Assembly: GCA_028023455.1 (NCBI GenBank)
Contig: JAQFVV010000008.1
Span: 10,416,001-10,480,000, forward strand
Reading direction: 5' to 3'
DNA length: 64,000 bases
Source: Epiperipatus broadwayi
Taxonomy: Eukaryota > Animalia > Onychophora
Part shown: piece after piece, positions 1 to 12,959 of the stretch
Position numbering within the stretch: position 1 is the first letter of the stretch
How the letters are laid out: every line of letters begins with the position of its first letter
Position numbers and translations under genes: made by a program
The notes under the pieces: generated by a model
The model's database searches: none
Seen by the model: only the letters and a program-made list of their open reading frames with translations
What the model was told of the DNA's origin: nothing

Positions 1-547
1 AAATAATTAATGGTGTAATCAAGTGATAAATAATCAGTCATTTTTGTATTTTGTAATTGTATCTAAATACCATGAAGCATAAAATTTGATACTATTATTA
101 TCATCATCAAGAAGATACCAAAAAGGAAACTTACTAATAATAAATAAAATAATAATTAAATATCACTTAGAAAAAAGTGTATATTTAAAGGAATTTTGAA
201 CCCCTTATTATCATCCATACAATTCTAAAAAGAATTATGTAGAAATTACTTATACATGTATCAAATTCCATTATGATCTGAGCTAGCTTCTTAGTTAATA
301 TAAAAAGAGTGCTGAATATATATGTAAAAGAGGAAGAATGCCAATACTAAATATAGTATTATATTAATTTTGCTGTAATAATTTAAAATATTAATTGGTA
401 AAGTTATTAATTAATTAGTAATATATATAGAGCTCACAAAATAAACTCTCAATAAGCTTTAATTAGTATTACTAATAAAAAAATTTAAGGTCTGACAAAT
501 ATTCCCCAATAACACAAATAAACTATTTCCAATTCTGATTTATATAT

Positions 548-803
548 ATATAAATGAAATATTATTATCCAGGTACATTCATGTATAATTTATTCAAAAT
601 ACTTATATAAACCAACATTTTGACCAGATCACCTTGGTCTGTCAACTGGGTAAAATAATTGTAGAAGTGCTGTAAACAGTATCTACAGTGCCTCTACAAT
701 TATTTTACCCAGTTGATGACCAGTGTAACCTAGTTAAAATAGTTTATACATGTATTTTCAATAAATTATATACAAATATACCTGGATAATATTTCATTTA
801 TAT
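548..803. repeat. Diverged ~255-bp fold-back palindrome with a decayed PLE-type hammerhead motif in each arm
   Basis: Core arms 642-665 and 693-716 (TCAACTGGGTAAAATAATTGTAGA and its reverse complement). Looser complementarity extends outward to TAAATGAAAT / ATTTCATTTA. The arms read outward as CAGTTGATGACCAG-N6-CTAGTT-AAAA and CAGTTGACAGACC..TGGTC-AAAATGTTGG, resembling CTGAAGATGACC..GGTCGAAACGTT. Abuts (TA)n at 541-550. Confidence 0.7.
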
Positions 804-2280
804 TTGTAGCCCATAAAAATCTTCGATTCAATACATATATAAACCAGTTTACAAATATATATATATATAAATTGTAAAAGGTCTTAAATAAAATCTTTAT
901 ATAAATGTACATACATACATCTGATAATACAAAATTATTATTATTACAATAGATTTTATACTCCAAACATTTTAATGATATATAAATAGTAAATAGACAG
1001 CCATATACTTATATGTATAAAAGCACATTTTATAATCTAAAAATATTTTAAGTTATTAATAATTAATTTGCTTTTAATATATATCTAAATTATTGCTTTA
1101 TACATAAATAGTACTTGAATTTAGAGAAAATGTGTATGGACACATGGGTTTAATAAAATAAAAATATTTCATTTATTAATATTAATTTAATTTTAGACAA
1201 CATAGAAATGTTTTTACATAAATAATACTTTTGCCTGCCTATATAAAATTCAAATATATTTAAACATTTGGATCTTCAACTATTATTAACACAAAAACAC
1301 CTTGAGGCTAAAAAAACTTCAGACTACTATTTTTTAAACTTAAATTAACTAAAAGTCTTTGTGAAAACTTCAATAATAAAAATTTAAAATTATTTACCTA
1401 TTATCTATTGTAATTTTTTTTATGAGACATTCATTGATCAGTAATTTTCATTTTCCAAACTTGAAATTTTTTAAATTTATTTCCATTAATGAGCATGTGT
1501 TAATTTATTAGACTTTTTTAAACACAAGTTAGTATAAGAATTTTTTTGAGCACTAAACATATATATTTTTCCTTCAATAAAGCTGAGATTAAATAATATG
1601 CATAGTGCATATGTATCTTATATTCAACAGTAATTTCTTTTATAAGCATATGTCTAAATATATAGCATTAGATTGTCTCAAGATTAGATTTCTCTTATTT
1701 ATGCTTCTATATGCAAGTAAAACAAGTTTCATAATTAGACTTATGCAGCAACTTTTTATTTGTGCTTTTACTAATAAATTTGTTTGGTTAACCAGATATA
1801 CAAAAAAATGCTGACCTTTAATTCAGTCAATAACAAGTGGTTTCACATGCATGGGTTAATGAATCAATATAAAGTACTAATAGCATATATCACTGGCTTC
1901 TGCAAACTCACTTTTATTTAACTCTGCAAATCTTTTTAGCTAAACTGCTCTTAGTAATTATAACATATTAAAAAATATACAAATTGATAAGCAAAAAGGA
2001 TTAAAGTTAAGTATTTCTCTTAACTAATAAAAACAAAATTATAACTATAATATAATTGTTTTTTATCTTAAACATCAAAATAAAATGTTTAAAAATAGTT
2101 TCTTCATTATTTTTTCTTAATCTCTTTTAAATATGGGTACATTAAATTTAATTTTACAATTATATGTGCTATAAAATAAACATTTTCCTTTATACAAAAA
2201 TAATTGTTTCCCATTCTATTAAAACTTTTAATTTTTCATAATCTGTTGGTATCAGAGAGAACTTTTTTAAAATTAAATTT

Positions 2281-4036
2281 GGTACTTGTTAAATAGCCAC
2301 TGTACATTACTTGAGGGTGCTGTTTCTGTGCAAAAACATAGCAATATAACATTTCTGAGGTTGTTGATTCTTAAACAATTTATGTTATTTTTTAATATGG
2401 CCTTTTCTTAAAAAAAATGTACATTATTCTTTTTTTTTTGGGGGGGGGGGTGTTAAAAAAAGCACATTTTTTCTTGTTATAAAAAAAGCAGTGTTTTTTA
2501 AATAATACGCATTTATTTTTCTTTAAAAAGTAACTTAAACTTTTTTTTTTTTTAGTTTTTTTTGGTAATTGTTTTTTTAATTATCTTACATGGTGGCTTT
2601 TTTGTAATTAGATAACATGTTTTTTAAAAAAAGGCTTTTTTTGGTTTTTATTTTTTACAAAAGGGGAGGGGTTCTTTTTAATAATATACAAGTAAGTTAG
2701 CTTACAATGTACAGGTACTATGTTCCAAAATCATAATTTATTTTATAGTAATTAAGCAGAGGTGGCTTTCTTTCTTTTTCTTCTTTTTAAAAATACTACT
2801 ACAACAAATGTATTGTAAAAAGCAGGCATTTTTTTGTCCAGCAGCTTTTTTATTTTTCTGTTTTCACCTTTTCTTTTTCTTTATCTTCTTATTACGGTAG
2901 TTGCCCCCAAAAAAGGCCACTTGCTTTTTATTTGCAATAAAGAATCAAAGACTGTGTTTTTTTAGGCCAGCCTACTTTTCTCCACCCCTTACCCTTCAAC
3001 ACTCACAATCTTGTTGTAATATTAAATTAAAACTTTAAAGAAAAACAAAATGAACAACACCAAAACAAAAAAAAAAAACTTTGGAATTGATTGCCTTACA
3101 AATTCATCACAATGACACAAAACAGATTCATTGAAGAAATAAATTTATTGATGACATATGACTGTAATTATTAAGAAAACTTTTTTGGATGAAAAGTGGA
3201 AAGTGTAACATTTTTGAACAACATTTAATTACCTACAACAATTGAAAGAACAAACAAGCCAGAAATGACTTGGGGGACTAGTGAGCACACAAACTGCCAG
3301 GTTTGTGTACTAAGTATCATAGCTTTACCACATCAACATTGATTGACATGTGGCAGGATGTTTTGAGTCTGCAGAAATACAACTGTATACCAGCTTCTGT
3401 GTTTGGAACATCCCACAGTTGAATCATTACACTATTGACATCAACCATTTTGTTCTTCTCATATGAGTCATGACCAAAATGGGACTTTTTTACAAGCACC
3501 TGCAATTGTGCGATGGCAGAACCATTTCCAAATTTAAAACACTTCCACACTGTGTATGAAAGCACTGCTGATACACTGACAATTAGTAGTAGGTAATACT
3601 ATGTCAATTTAGGTGTAGGGAAAACCATTTGGAACAACATTTCAACAGTTCTAAGATATTACATACACAGTCTCAGATTAAATGGTAGTGAAGTGCCATT
3701 ACTGATCATATGCATAGATAAGCCATGCAAAGGTGGGTGGAAAATTTCTATGCATAAGCATAGAAAGTAATACCATCACATGGTCCAATTACATGGCTAA
3801 TATGATCGTAGTGTTACATTATCCCAAGGTTCAGTATGCAGCAGAATTAAATGTCTCTTACTGATCGGTAGTGTCATAGTTTCAGCCATGTAAACCACAT
3901 TATGTGGCTGCTAAATGGCTGCTATGATTATAGTGGTTTATTAGCCATACGTTCAGCCATCAAAGCAGTATTATTCTGTGTTTTTACACAGAAACAGAAG
4001 TACTAAGTGATGTACAGTGGCTATTTAACAAGAACC
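2281..4036 (-). mobile_element. Degenerate DNA transposon with ~57-bp TIRs and an 8-bp TSD, probably Merlin/IS1016-like
   Basis: TIRs GGTACTTGTTAAATAGCCACTGTACAT.. (2281) and ..ATGTACAGTGGCTATTTAACAAGAACC (4036). Exact TSD TTAAATTT at 2273-2280 and 4037-4044. Minus-strand fragments FLQTQNILPHVNQC*CGKAMIL and RKAT-LL..IK resemble Merlin transposase. Superfamily assignment is less sure than the element boundaries. Confidence 0.7.
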
Positions 4037-5939
4037 TTAAATTTTAAATAATTTACAATATTTCAAAATCAAAATATTATTATTCATTTAATCAATATTT
4101 AAATCATTTTAGTCTTTATTTTAATATTTAAATAAATAACTTTTATCTGCATTCATTTCTTTTCTTTTAGATTTAAAATATATATACCTATATAATACAT
4201 ATTCTTTGGAATGTTTGACATGAGATAGTCTGTATCTATATATATGATATTTAAGCTACCAATATTTTAATTATATATATTTACATCATAACATCTAATG
4301 GACCAAAAATATAACATCATAATAAATATGTCTGAGGACTTGTCTATAAATCTAGATTTGATTGTTGCAAATATTTATTAGATGCATTAATCATTTTGTT
4401 ATATATAAGTAAATTGTTTTGCTTTTCGCTAAAGCTGAATATTTATAATGATTAAAAATGTAATGAAAGGTTTTTGAAAAAATAAATCAGTTATCAATTT
4501 AATATTTTTATTAAAAAGATATTAGTATCAGAGAACTAAAATACTTTTATAAAGACTATCAAATTTTCAAAGACTATTCTGAGAGATAGAAAAAAATAAT
4601 TATAATTGCTCTTATGTTTTCCAGATTCTGATTTCTGTATAAAGTTTTGTTATATTTTATGAATTATATAGATTATAAATTTTGCTTTAGCTATTAAGTA
4701 TGCATACTTACGTTTATGTTTATTACTTACAATTGAACACATTTAGAAAAATGTAAAGTTTGATTTTTTTTTAAAACATCAAAAAAAAAAAAAAAAAACA
4801 CTTTCAGACAAAACATTAAGTAAATTTCAGTTTAATAATATATAGTATGTTATAATTGTACATTTCTAAACGCAGAGCTTTTAGTAATTGTTATTGATAT
4901 TTCTTGAAATGGTCTGTTATTTGATTTTATATCTACTCTTTTTTTAATTATATCTGTGACTATTATTGTATTGCTTTGATATCTTTTTATTTTAATATAT
5001 GTTTTAGTAGCAAGATTATTTAAGTATTTCTGTCTTCTTTATATTTAGCTATGCTATTTTTAGTTTTATAATTATAAAAAAAAAGTGTGAGCTACTATTT
5101 TTTTTGGCATATAACTGATAAATTGTTTATCTAAAGATTTTCTTATTGATCACCTTTTAACATTTTTTGGTGTAGCCATTACTTTTTTTTTTCGTTTTGT
5201 TATTTTTTAGATTGTTACAAGTATTATCTGTTGTTCCTTTTATTAATTTATTGGTGTATCATTCTCAAGACTATTTGAGATTTTCTTATTTATATCTGTT
5301 CAAAGTTGGTCCAGTGATTATTCAGTTTTTTCAATCATTAAAACATAAGTATCTTCGAGGATCTCATTTACCAAAATAAATCTTACATTACCTATTTTTT
5401 TATTAATATAATATTTATTTTTGATTACTGACTATTAATTAAAAAAAATTATGTATTTGCAAAGACGCCTGTAAAAGAAGTGAGATTTTCTATACTGTAA
5501 TTTATTGTTATTAAGTTACTTCATTAGTTTGTAATCACTTGGATTCTCTCTCCTTTAATTAATTAAGAGAATTGTTTTTAATAGTAATTATATATTGGAC
5601 TATTTATATCATCTAATGTTAAATATCGAATTCTTTAAAAATATTAAAAAAAAACCCCTTTTTATTCTTTTTTGTTGTTTAAGGGTCGGACCCCTCCTTT
5701 TAATTTAAAAAAATTAAAAGTTTTTTTTTTTTTTTTTTTATAGATAAAGGGTGAGTGTTGAACGGGCCTTATTTCCCCAAAAATATTTGGTTTCAACCGG
5801 CCGGGGGAACAAAGGAAAACCCCTGGGGTGTTTGAGAGGGCTGTTCTATGTTAAATATCGAATTCTTTAAAAATATTCAAACTTTATTTAAGCATTCTAA
5901 ATATATCATCTGTCAATAATAGCACAAAGATGAGTATAT

Positions 5940-8400
5940 AACACAAACACTTTGAGTGGTATTATTACTCTCTCTTCAGATATTGCTGGCCTGACTAGTG
6001 ACAATACCAACATAAGAATCAAACCTGGACTTTTAGATTCATGAATATTGTATTTTAAGGTTCTCTGATGAACTAAGTTATTCTGAGAAAGGAAACTTTA
6101 CATATTAATCTATGAGGAACTTCCTGATTTCTCCACTTTTTCCTAAGAGCGAGGTTAATTAATGATTTACAGACATTATGTATTATACTAGATTAACTTA
6201 TGGTCTTATTTCCTCATTGCCATGCAAACAGCTTCTTTGAATTTTATTCTTTATACTTTTCCCCCTCTTTCCAATATTTTTGTATTTCCCCAATTGAATA
6301 TACATTCATTAGTACATATATAATAAATCTGTTTTCTCTTTTCAAATCATAAGTTTGTGCTCTTTCAATCCCTTTTTCCTGAGATCACTGGACACACTAA
6401 TATATTTCACATTTGCATGATATTTCATAAAAGTGCTTTTCAGTATTTCAAGCTTAGGTTTTATAGATGTTAGTATTTCTCTTAGTTTGATATGGCTTTG
6501 GAACTGTTCTAATGTTATATTAATTGAAGATTTTCTTTAGTTTTTCTGCTATTCCTGGTATATATGGATACACTACAGTACCAATGATTTGTTTTTTTCT
6601 TTTTATGTTTCTTTTTGTTGTCTATTTAAGATTTTCTTAGTGACAGTTGATAGATAACTATTCTTTATGAGAGTTTGTTCTATGTAGATATTTTCTTTTT
6701 TCCAAATGACTGCTTTCTGAGCAAACTTCTTTTACTATTTCATAGTGATAGTATAACTCCATGTTTTGTATATCTGGTGTGATTGGATGTTTATGCTAAA
6801 TATTTTCCTGTGCATGTGGATTTTCTATGATTGTAGTTTTGATTTTCCCATCAGTTAATCTTGTCACAAGAACATCTAAGAAACCAATTTTTGTTCTTGT
6901 TCTGATTCTATTGTGAATGTAATTGAAGGGGATATACCACTAGTACATGTATTGAATATTTTTAATAGTGCTTCACCATATAGTTATACAAAAATGTACC
7001 ACTGACATAGTGAAGTCAAACTTTAGATAAGTAGTATGTATGTCTGTGGTCAGGGGTGATAGTTATGAGCCCATAGCCATACCTTGATTTTATTGGAAGA
7101 ATTCTGTGATTATTGAAAGTAGGTTGTTGTTATGCAAAATGTTAATGATTTCATTATACTATCAATAGGAAGAGTTGTTCTGATTTGTAAGCTACTATTA
7201 TCATTTTTTTTTCACGCAGTAGACAATGCTTGATCACTAGTTACACAGGTGAAAAAACTTTTTATATAAAAACTTACCAATATGTCAGTTCTTTCAATTT
7301 TAATGTTCTTAATTAAATCCTTGACAAAAGACTGTCTTGTATGCCAAAAGACCAAGAATTTTGAGAAGAAATCTTGACAAGTTTTGGCAAGGTGAATTTC
7401 TAAATCTAACAATTGGTTTTAATGTAACAAAATCCTTATGTACTTGAAATCAGCCATAAAGATGAGGAACTTTTCTGAAATAAAATGTTTTTTTTTGAAT
7501 CAGTAAACTACCTGAAGTACTTTCTGAATAATGCTTGCAACTTTATTTCTATACTCAATATTATTTTTTGCCCCTTTTTTGTATTTGCCTGCTGTGAGAA
7601 ACTTGCATTTTGTTGTCATAATCAGTTACATCCATTACAACTGTAGCATTGCCTTTGTCAGCAAAGAGATGATTATAGAATTGTTAAGTATGAGAGATTT
7701 AATACTTTTTCTGTCATCATAGGAAATGTTTGATTTCAGATTTTGGTGGCTCTCAAATGTTATTTTTATTATCCAGTATAATTCTGCTGCTTATTCTAGA
7801 AACAACTTTTGAATGATTTTCTGTGTAGTTATATTAGATGGTTGATGTCAAAGTTTAATCCTATTCCCAGAATAAAAATTTCAGCATCAGTTAAATGTTT
7901 AGAACCAAGATTTTTAACAGTTGAAGCTGATAGATTGTTTGCTACAGTATGAGTTTTGATATGCCCATGTTTGGCATTTTTTTATTTTTCCATGTAATTT
8001 ATAATATCCTTTTCACTCTATTCAATTAAATTATATTCTCTTTATATGATCTTTTTATTGCTTGGGAAATTCTTGTGAAATTTTTATTAGAAAGTTTATT
8101 TAAAAAAAAACATTCTACATTATTAATAGAATACAAGGTTTAATACTTGGAAAAACCTTTGAGTATTGATTTTTTCTCTTAATAGGACATCACTTGTTCC
8201 TTCACTAAATTTTCTCAGCTTTGTGGGAGTGAATTAGAGGTTTTGCTGCAATCCCTTAGAAATAACCAGATTTAAATTTTCATAAAAAAGTTAATTGATT
8301 TTCTACTTTGGCCACTTTTAGACATAATTTTTTTAAAAATATGCCTAGCCATAAAATAGAGATGATTATGGTTATTGAAAAACCAAAGATACCAACATAT
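5940..8400 (-). mobile_element. Near-full-length decayed Penelope-like retroelement (RT + C-terminal GIY-YIG)
   Basis: Minus-strand peptides with stops and frameshifts: KVENQLTFL (N-terminus, ~8285), KNLGSKHLTDAEIFILGIGLNF, ADKGNATVVMDVTDY, QGMAMGS*LSP (~7060-7086), SITFTIESE, FLDVLVTRLTDGKIKTT, RKSTCTGKYL. The 3' end matches the PLE fragment at 50050-50620 and ends in a decayed CTGAAGA hammerhead (5973-5979). Confidence 0.9.
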
Positions 8401-8640
8401 ATAGATGCTGAAGTAGATTCAGATCCATGTGATAATATAGGCAAATTAGCTTGAATTGAAAACATTATTGTGTTTTCAGTTTGGGTTGATAGCTTTGTAG
8501 TTAAATAAAAAAGTAAAAGATGGTTGTTGGAGTGATACGTTAGATCCAAAACTCAAGGTGCACTGCTCCAAAATCCAAGGCTCCTCATTCGTCTGAGGCT
8601 ATTGAATGGAAAGACACTGTCATAGGGTTTATTACTAGAA
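8400..8640 (+). repeat. Family-B segment directly upstream of the PLE ORF; hammerhead core deleted, orientation antisense to the ORF
   Basis: 8447-8600 aligns by eye to 56045-56250 (TTGAAAA..TGTGTTTTCA..TTTGTAGTTAA..AAAAGATGG..ATCCAAGGCTCCTCA). CCTCA-TTCGTC-TGAGG (8583-8598) keeps stem I and the GUC triplet but lacks CTGATGA, stem II and GAAA. Confidence 0.7.
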
Positions 8641-10204
8641 CTTATACTATGTGTTATTAATGTGTGGAAAAGATGTATGCTACTGTATTAAATAAAAACA
8701 TTTGAAAAAGTAATAGCTGAACAGGAATAATAATTAATATATTTATTTAAATTGGATACTATCATGCAAAAAATTTGTGCTTACAAATTAAATTGTGTAA
8801 TCATGTTACTTTCAATGAAAATTTTACCAAATAAAATATAAATAATTGACTTAAATAAAAATCAGTTGTTCAAATGTCAAAAAATAATACTCCAAGCTAA
8901 GTACTGGCTTCTGAAATTATAATATGCTAAGTTTTGGTTCAAGAAATTAAAATTTTTTCAACAGATTTATATAAATAATACATAAAGAAGCAATCCCAAA
9001 AATATTGGAATATAGTGAATATGTAATTATGATTATTGAAAAAGACTTATAAAAAGTTGATATAAAGTACATAATTGAAAAATGTTGAGAAGAAAAATTA
9101 TTATGGTAAAAAAAAATTAAATTAAAAAAATATTATTTTAAATGAGTAGATTAATATTATTATTAAATGAATAGATTTAAATTCTTTTCAGTGGCAGAAT
9201 GAACAAATTAAGAAATATTTGATTATATAATAATCATGCAAAAACTCATTCATCTTAGTTGGCAAAGCAGGAGTTAGGGTTCATAAAATGAATTCTCATT
9301 AAATAAAGCAATATTTTAATAAAATACATAACTTTCACTATGAATTAGGAATTCAATTGTTAAAGAGCCAAAATTAAAATAAAATATATAACATGGAATC
9401 ATCACTTGTAAAAATGTGACAACTTTCCTATCACTAATGAAAACCACATCTCATTTTTTAATTCATTGAATACATTGACATCAATCTGATCAACATAGAT
9501 TAATCTTCATATTTTAGTTAATATCGGATAAATACACACATACTGACCACTACTGAATGACTCAACTGAATTCTGATAATTGGCTATCTAAAAGAAAAAC
9601 TTGAAATCCATTTGAGACTTTAAAAAATGTAAGATTTACCTGGATTAGATTCAAAACTTAGGTCATGATTATGGAAGATCAATGTACTGCACTAGTTTTT
9701 TAATCATCCCAGATTATAAAAATGACTTTAGTCAGGATTTGTTTTCTTATAGATCAAAAGGTGGAAGATAATTTTTCTTAAATAAACATTCATAGATTTT
9801 TTTTTCTTTATTTTTATATATAATAAATAGCATGAATTTTACTATTTATTAATTAAGAAAATGCAGACCCTAACCATAGCGACAAATACTTAGACAAAAT
9901 AATCATATACTTGAACTTTTAGTCTTTAAATTTCCTATGTTCAGAATTTTGCTGATCTTGTTAAAAATGACAAGAATTTCAAAAACCATTTATTATGTGC
10001 CTGCATCCTTATAAAGTTTGATTTCTCTCTTTATATTTCACAAATAAGATTTAAAAATCCATTATAAATTTAACAACTATCCAAAATTGTGTGTGTGTGT
10101 GTGTTTAATATTACACATAAAGTTATACATGACAAAAGGGGTGTTGGCTCTAAATGTATTCACTATACAAATTATCAATTTCTTTCCTTATTCATTTTCT
10201 GTTC

Positions 10205-10412
10205 AATAGATAGGAGGTCCACTATGCAAGAAAGATTATAAAATTATAACTACTTTATAGATATACAGCTTATCACTACTTTCAACAGCCCGGTCACATT
10301 CATATTATATAATATGACCAGCCTGATCCGAAAGCAGTGCTAAATCTGTAAATCTATAAAATAGTTATAATTTTTATAATCTTTCCTGCATAGTGGACCT
10401 TTCTTATCTATT
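10205..10412. repeat. ~208-bp fold-back palindrome with a hammerhead 3'-half relic
   Basis: Arms AATAGATAGGAGGTCCACTATGCAAGAAAGATTATAAAATTATAACTA and its diverged complement, centre ~10308. The right arm begins TGACCAGCCTGATCCGAAAGC, like a stem II plus GAAA. Confidence 0.7.
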
Positions 10413-10709
10413 AAATAACTAAGAATATTTTTTATTATTCTTTCTTTATCTTTATAAATATAGATGGGTATTGCTATATGGTATTGAGAATAGCAGATAT
10501 GCTGTAAGCTTGTTATATTGAATACTTTTAATATAATTAATTAGTACAGAAATATTTTTTAGAGATAACACAGTTTCATCATACAAGTAAAAATATTTAA
10601 GTGGGGAGGGGGTGCCAAAATGCTAAACTCCATCAATTGTTTGGAATGATTAAGACTGGTGGTTAAATATAAAACTGAAAACAATGCTGCATTTATTATA
10701 TATGTATAT

Positions 10710-10972
10710 TGTAACAGTCCAGTCGATGGCATGGAAAGAGATCACATCTAACTATGGTTAGGCCTAGGGTTTTCGGGTAAGATGCTGGAGACAATACGAT
10801 GAAGTACATGACTCATGATTATATCTATCTTCAGTAGACCAGCCTAAGAATTATCTATCAAATTTACATGCAATTTAAGTTAGTTCATCCACATTTCAAC
10901 ATTCCTTTTCAGATCCGTTATGCCACAGTGTTCGAACTCAGGGAGAGTTCGCCTACAGGGTGTACTTGCACA
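10710..10972. mobile_element. Candidate solo LTR
   Basis: GC/CpG-richer block bounded by TGTAACA..GCACA, with ATAT on both sides (possible 4-bp TSD). No internal domains. Confidence 0.45.
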
Positions 10973-11789
10973 ATATATAGAGAGAGCTTTCAGTACAACA
11001 TTATTTTCAAAAGCCATAAAATCAATACTTATACATATTTAATATTTTTTAAGAATTATTTAATTAAACTAAATAAGATCTGCCATATTTTTACAATAAA
11101 CTATATACTGATAGAAGTAAGTTTGATTTTCTGAAAAATAGAATTTCCAAAATTAGCAAAATTGTTTTAGTTTTATAAAGTTAGTCTTGTTTTTATTTTG
11201 CTTTGTTTAATTAATCACTCTAGTATATGAGTTTCTTCTATACATAATGGCTTTAGGAATATCTAGAAAAAGTATATAATTGAATGATAGTCAAAAAGAA
11301 AGAATCGAACCTTACTCTAATTTAGTATAGCATCATACCAGTTATTATCAAAAATAAAATAAGTGAATGAAGTGTCATCATAATTAGAAATATATAGTAG
11401 GATAGTATGAAAGATAAATAATGTAAAAAATTTCAAAATCAGTTTTTGAATGTTCTATTTCTTTTTTAATTAAGAATTGTTTTCTTCAAGGAAACAAAGT
11501 GTTGTTTTTACAGTTGGGTATAATCAAATAACGTTTTCATAAATCATATAGACTATATTCAAAATGCATAGTAATAAAATATCTCAATATAGAAATAGCA
11601 TTACAAGCAAATAATGTAAAATCATGTACAAGTACTGAATGAGTAGGTATAATAAAGTCATCAACACTTGAGATATAACCAACAGAAAAAAAGAGTCTAA
11701 TTTATAGAGATTCAAAAAAAGTATGCATAAAAGTCAAAAATAAATAAATTAACAAGCAAACAAAAAGAATTAATAATGATATAAGAAAA

Positions 11790-12760
11790 TGAACATGGCT
11801 TGACATCATTATTAAACAACAATCTCTATACATCGGGCACTCAACAACAGAGTTTAATGATAAAATCAACATCTGGCAGGCACATCTCCTGCTGAATCCT
11901 GAAAATACAGTTATTTATGCTCACCTAGGGTGCAGCAATCATAAAATCACCACAATATTTAAATATCTGCTACTGGAGCCCAAACTTTTGGATTATCTGA
12001 TCAAGGTGAATATGGGCTTCATGCCAACTAATACATTCTTATACTATAAGCAGTTTCTAAATAAAATAGACCCAATTTGTCATGCCTGTTCTAGAGGAGA
12101 GGAGACCTTTAATCATCTGTTAAATATATGTCCAGGCTATAACAGTATTTGAAGTGTCATCTCTCAACACTGCATTATAGCAGTGGATAAAATCCTGGAC
12201 ATCAAGGGTTGTCTCTTCTCTGGAGACTTTACAGTTATCAGGTTATCTATCTTCCTGACATACACTTTTTGATACACAAGGTGCAGGACAAAGTTCACAC
12301 AACCAACACTGGACCCCAATGCTATATTTTGCGATAGGCTCAAAGCTCTTCAAAACAAGGACAAGATACTATCCTCTAGATTTTTGTTTAATAATACATA
12401 GAGCCTACTAGTATGTCCCACAGACTCTACATGAATTTTGGACCTGATATATCCACATTGTAGTGAATCGTGGAAGAAGTAGTCTATGTTGCAACATGTT
12501 GGATTCTACTAGAGAGGCATTGATTTCACACTACATGTATCCCAGCTGATAAGTTAGCATTATTGGGTCAACCTCAAAAGGGGTGGGCAATACCAACAAA
12601 ATAGTACTATTTACTCATATATCAACCTGCTAGTGCAGAGAATGGTTCTGGCATACATCTACCAGACCAACGTCAGCAATGGATGAGCCAACATTAACTA
12701 AGTGTATTTATTATTCATTTGTACAATTTTACTATGTCAATAAATATATTTTTTAAATAA
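11790..12760 (+). mobile_element. L1/Tx1-like LINE 3' remnant (zf-RVT region and 3' UTR)
   Basis: Translation DPICHACSRGEETFNHLLNICPGYNSI* (~12070-12150) has the C-x2-C..ET..HL...C zinc-knuckle pattern. Ends near CAATAAA at ~12740. Confidence 0.7.
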
Positions 12761-12959
12761 GAGATAAAAGTTTTTTAAACTTTTTTTTTTATATATAAAA
12801 ATACAAACTTGTTTAAATTAGATCATGTGACATCTAACTTTATTTTTTTGTAACTTTTTTTTTTTTAAACATAAAACGTCTTGGCATTGGAAGAAAAATT
12901 ATTTCAGCAATAAAAAGAAAAGATGGAATTATTAAGATAAAACAATGAATTGCATGAAA

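Noticed and set aside
3317-3565. ORF with IQLWD superficially like a Ras/Rab GTPase
   Set aside because: No GxxxxGKS or DxxG motifs; it lies inside the TIR-bounded transposon.
6064-6100. CTGATGA..GAAA on the plus strand
   Set aside because: No stem II or stem I pairing; it is antisense within the PLE 3' UTR.
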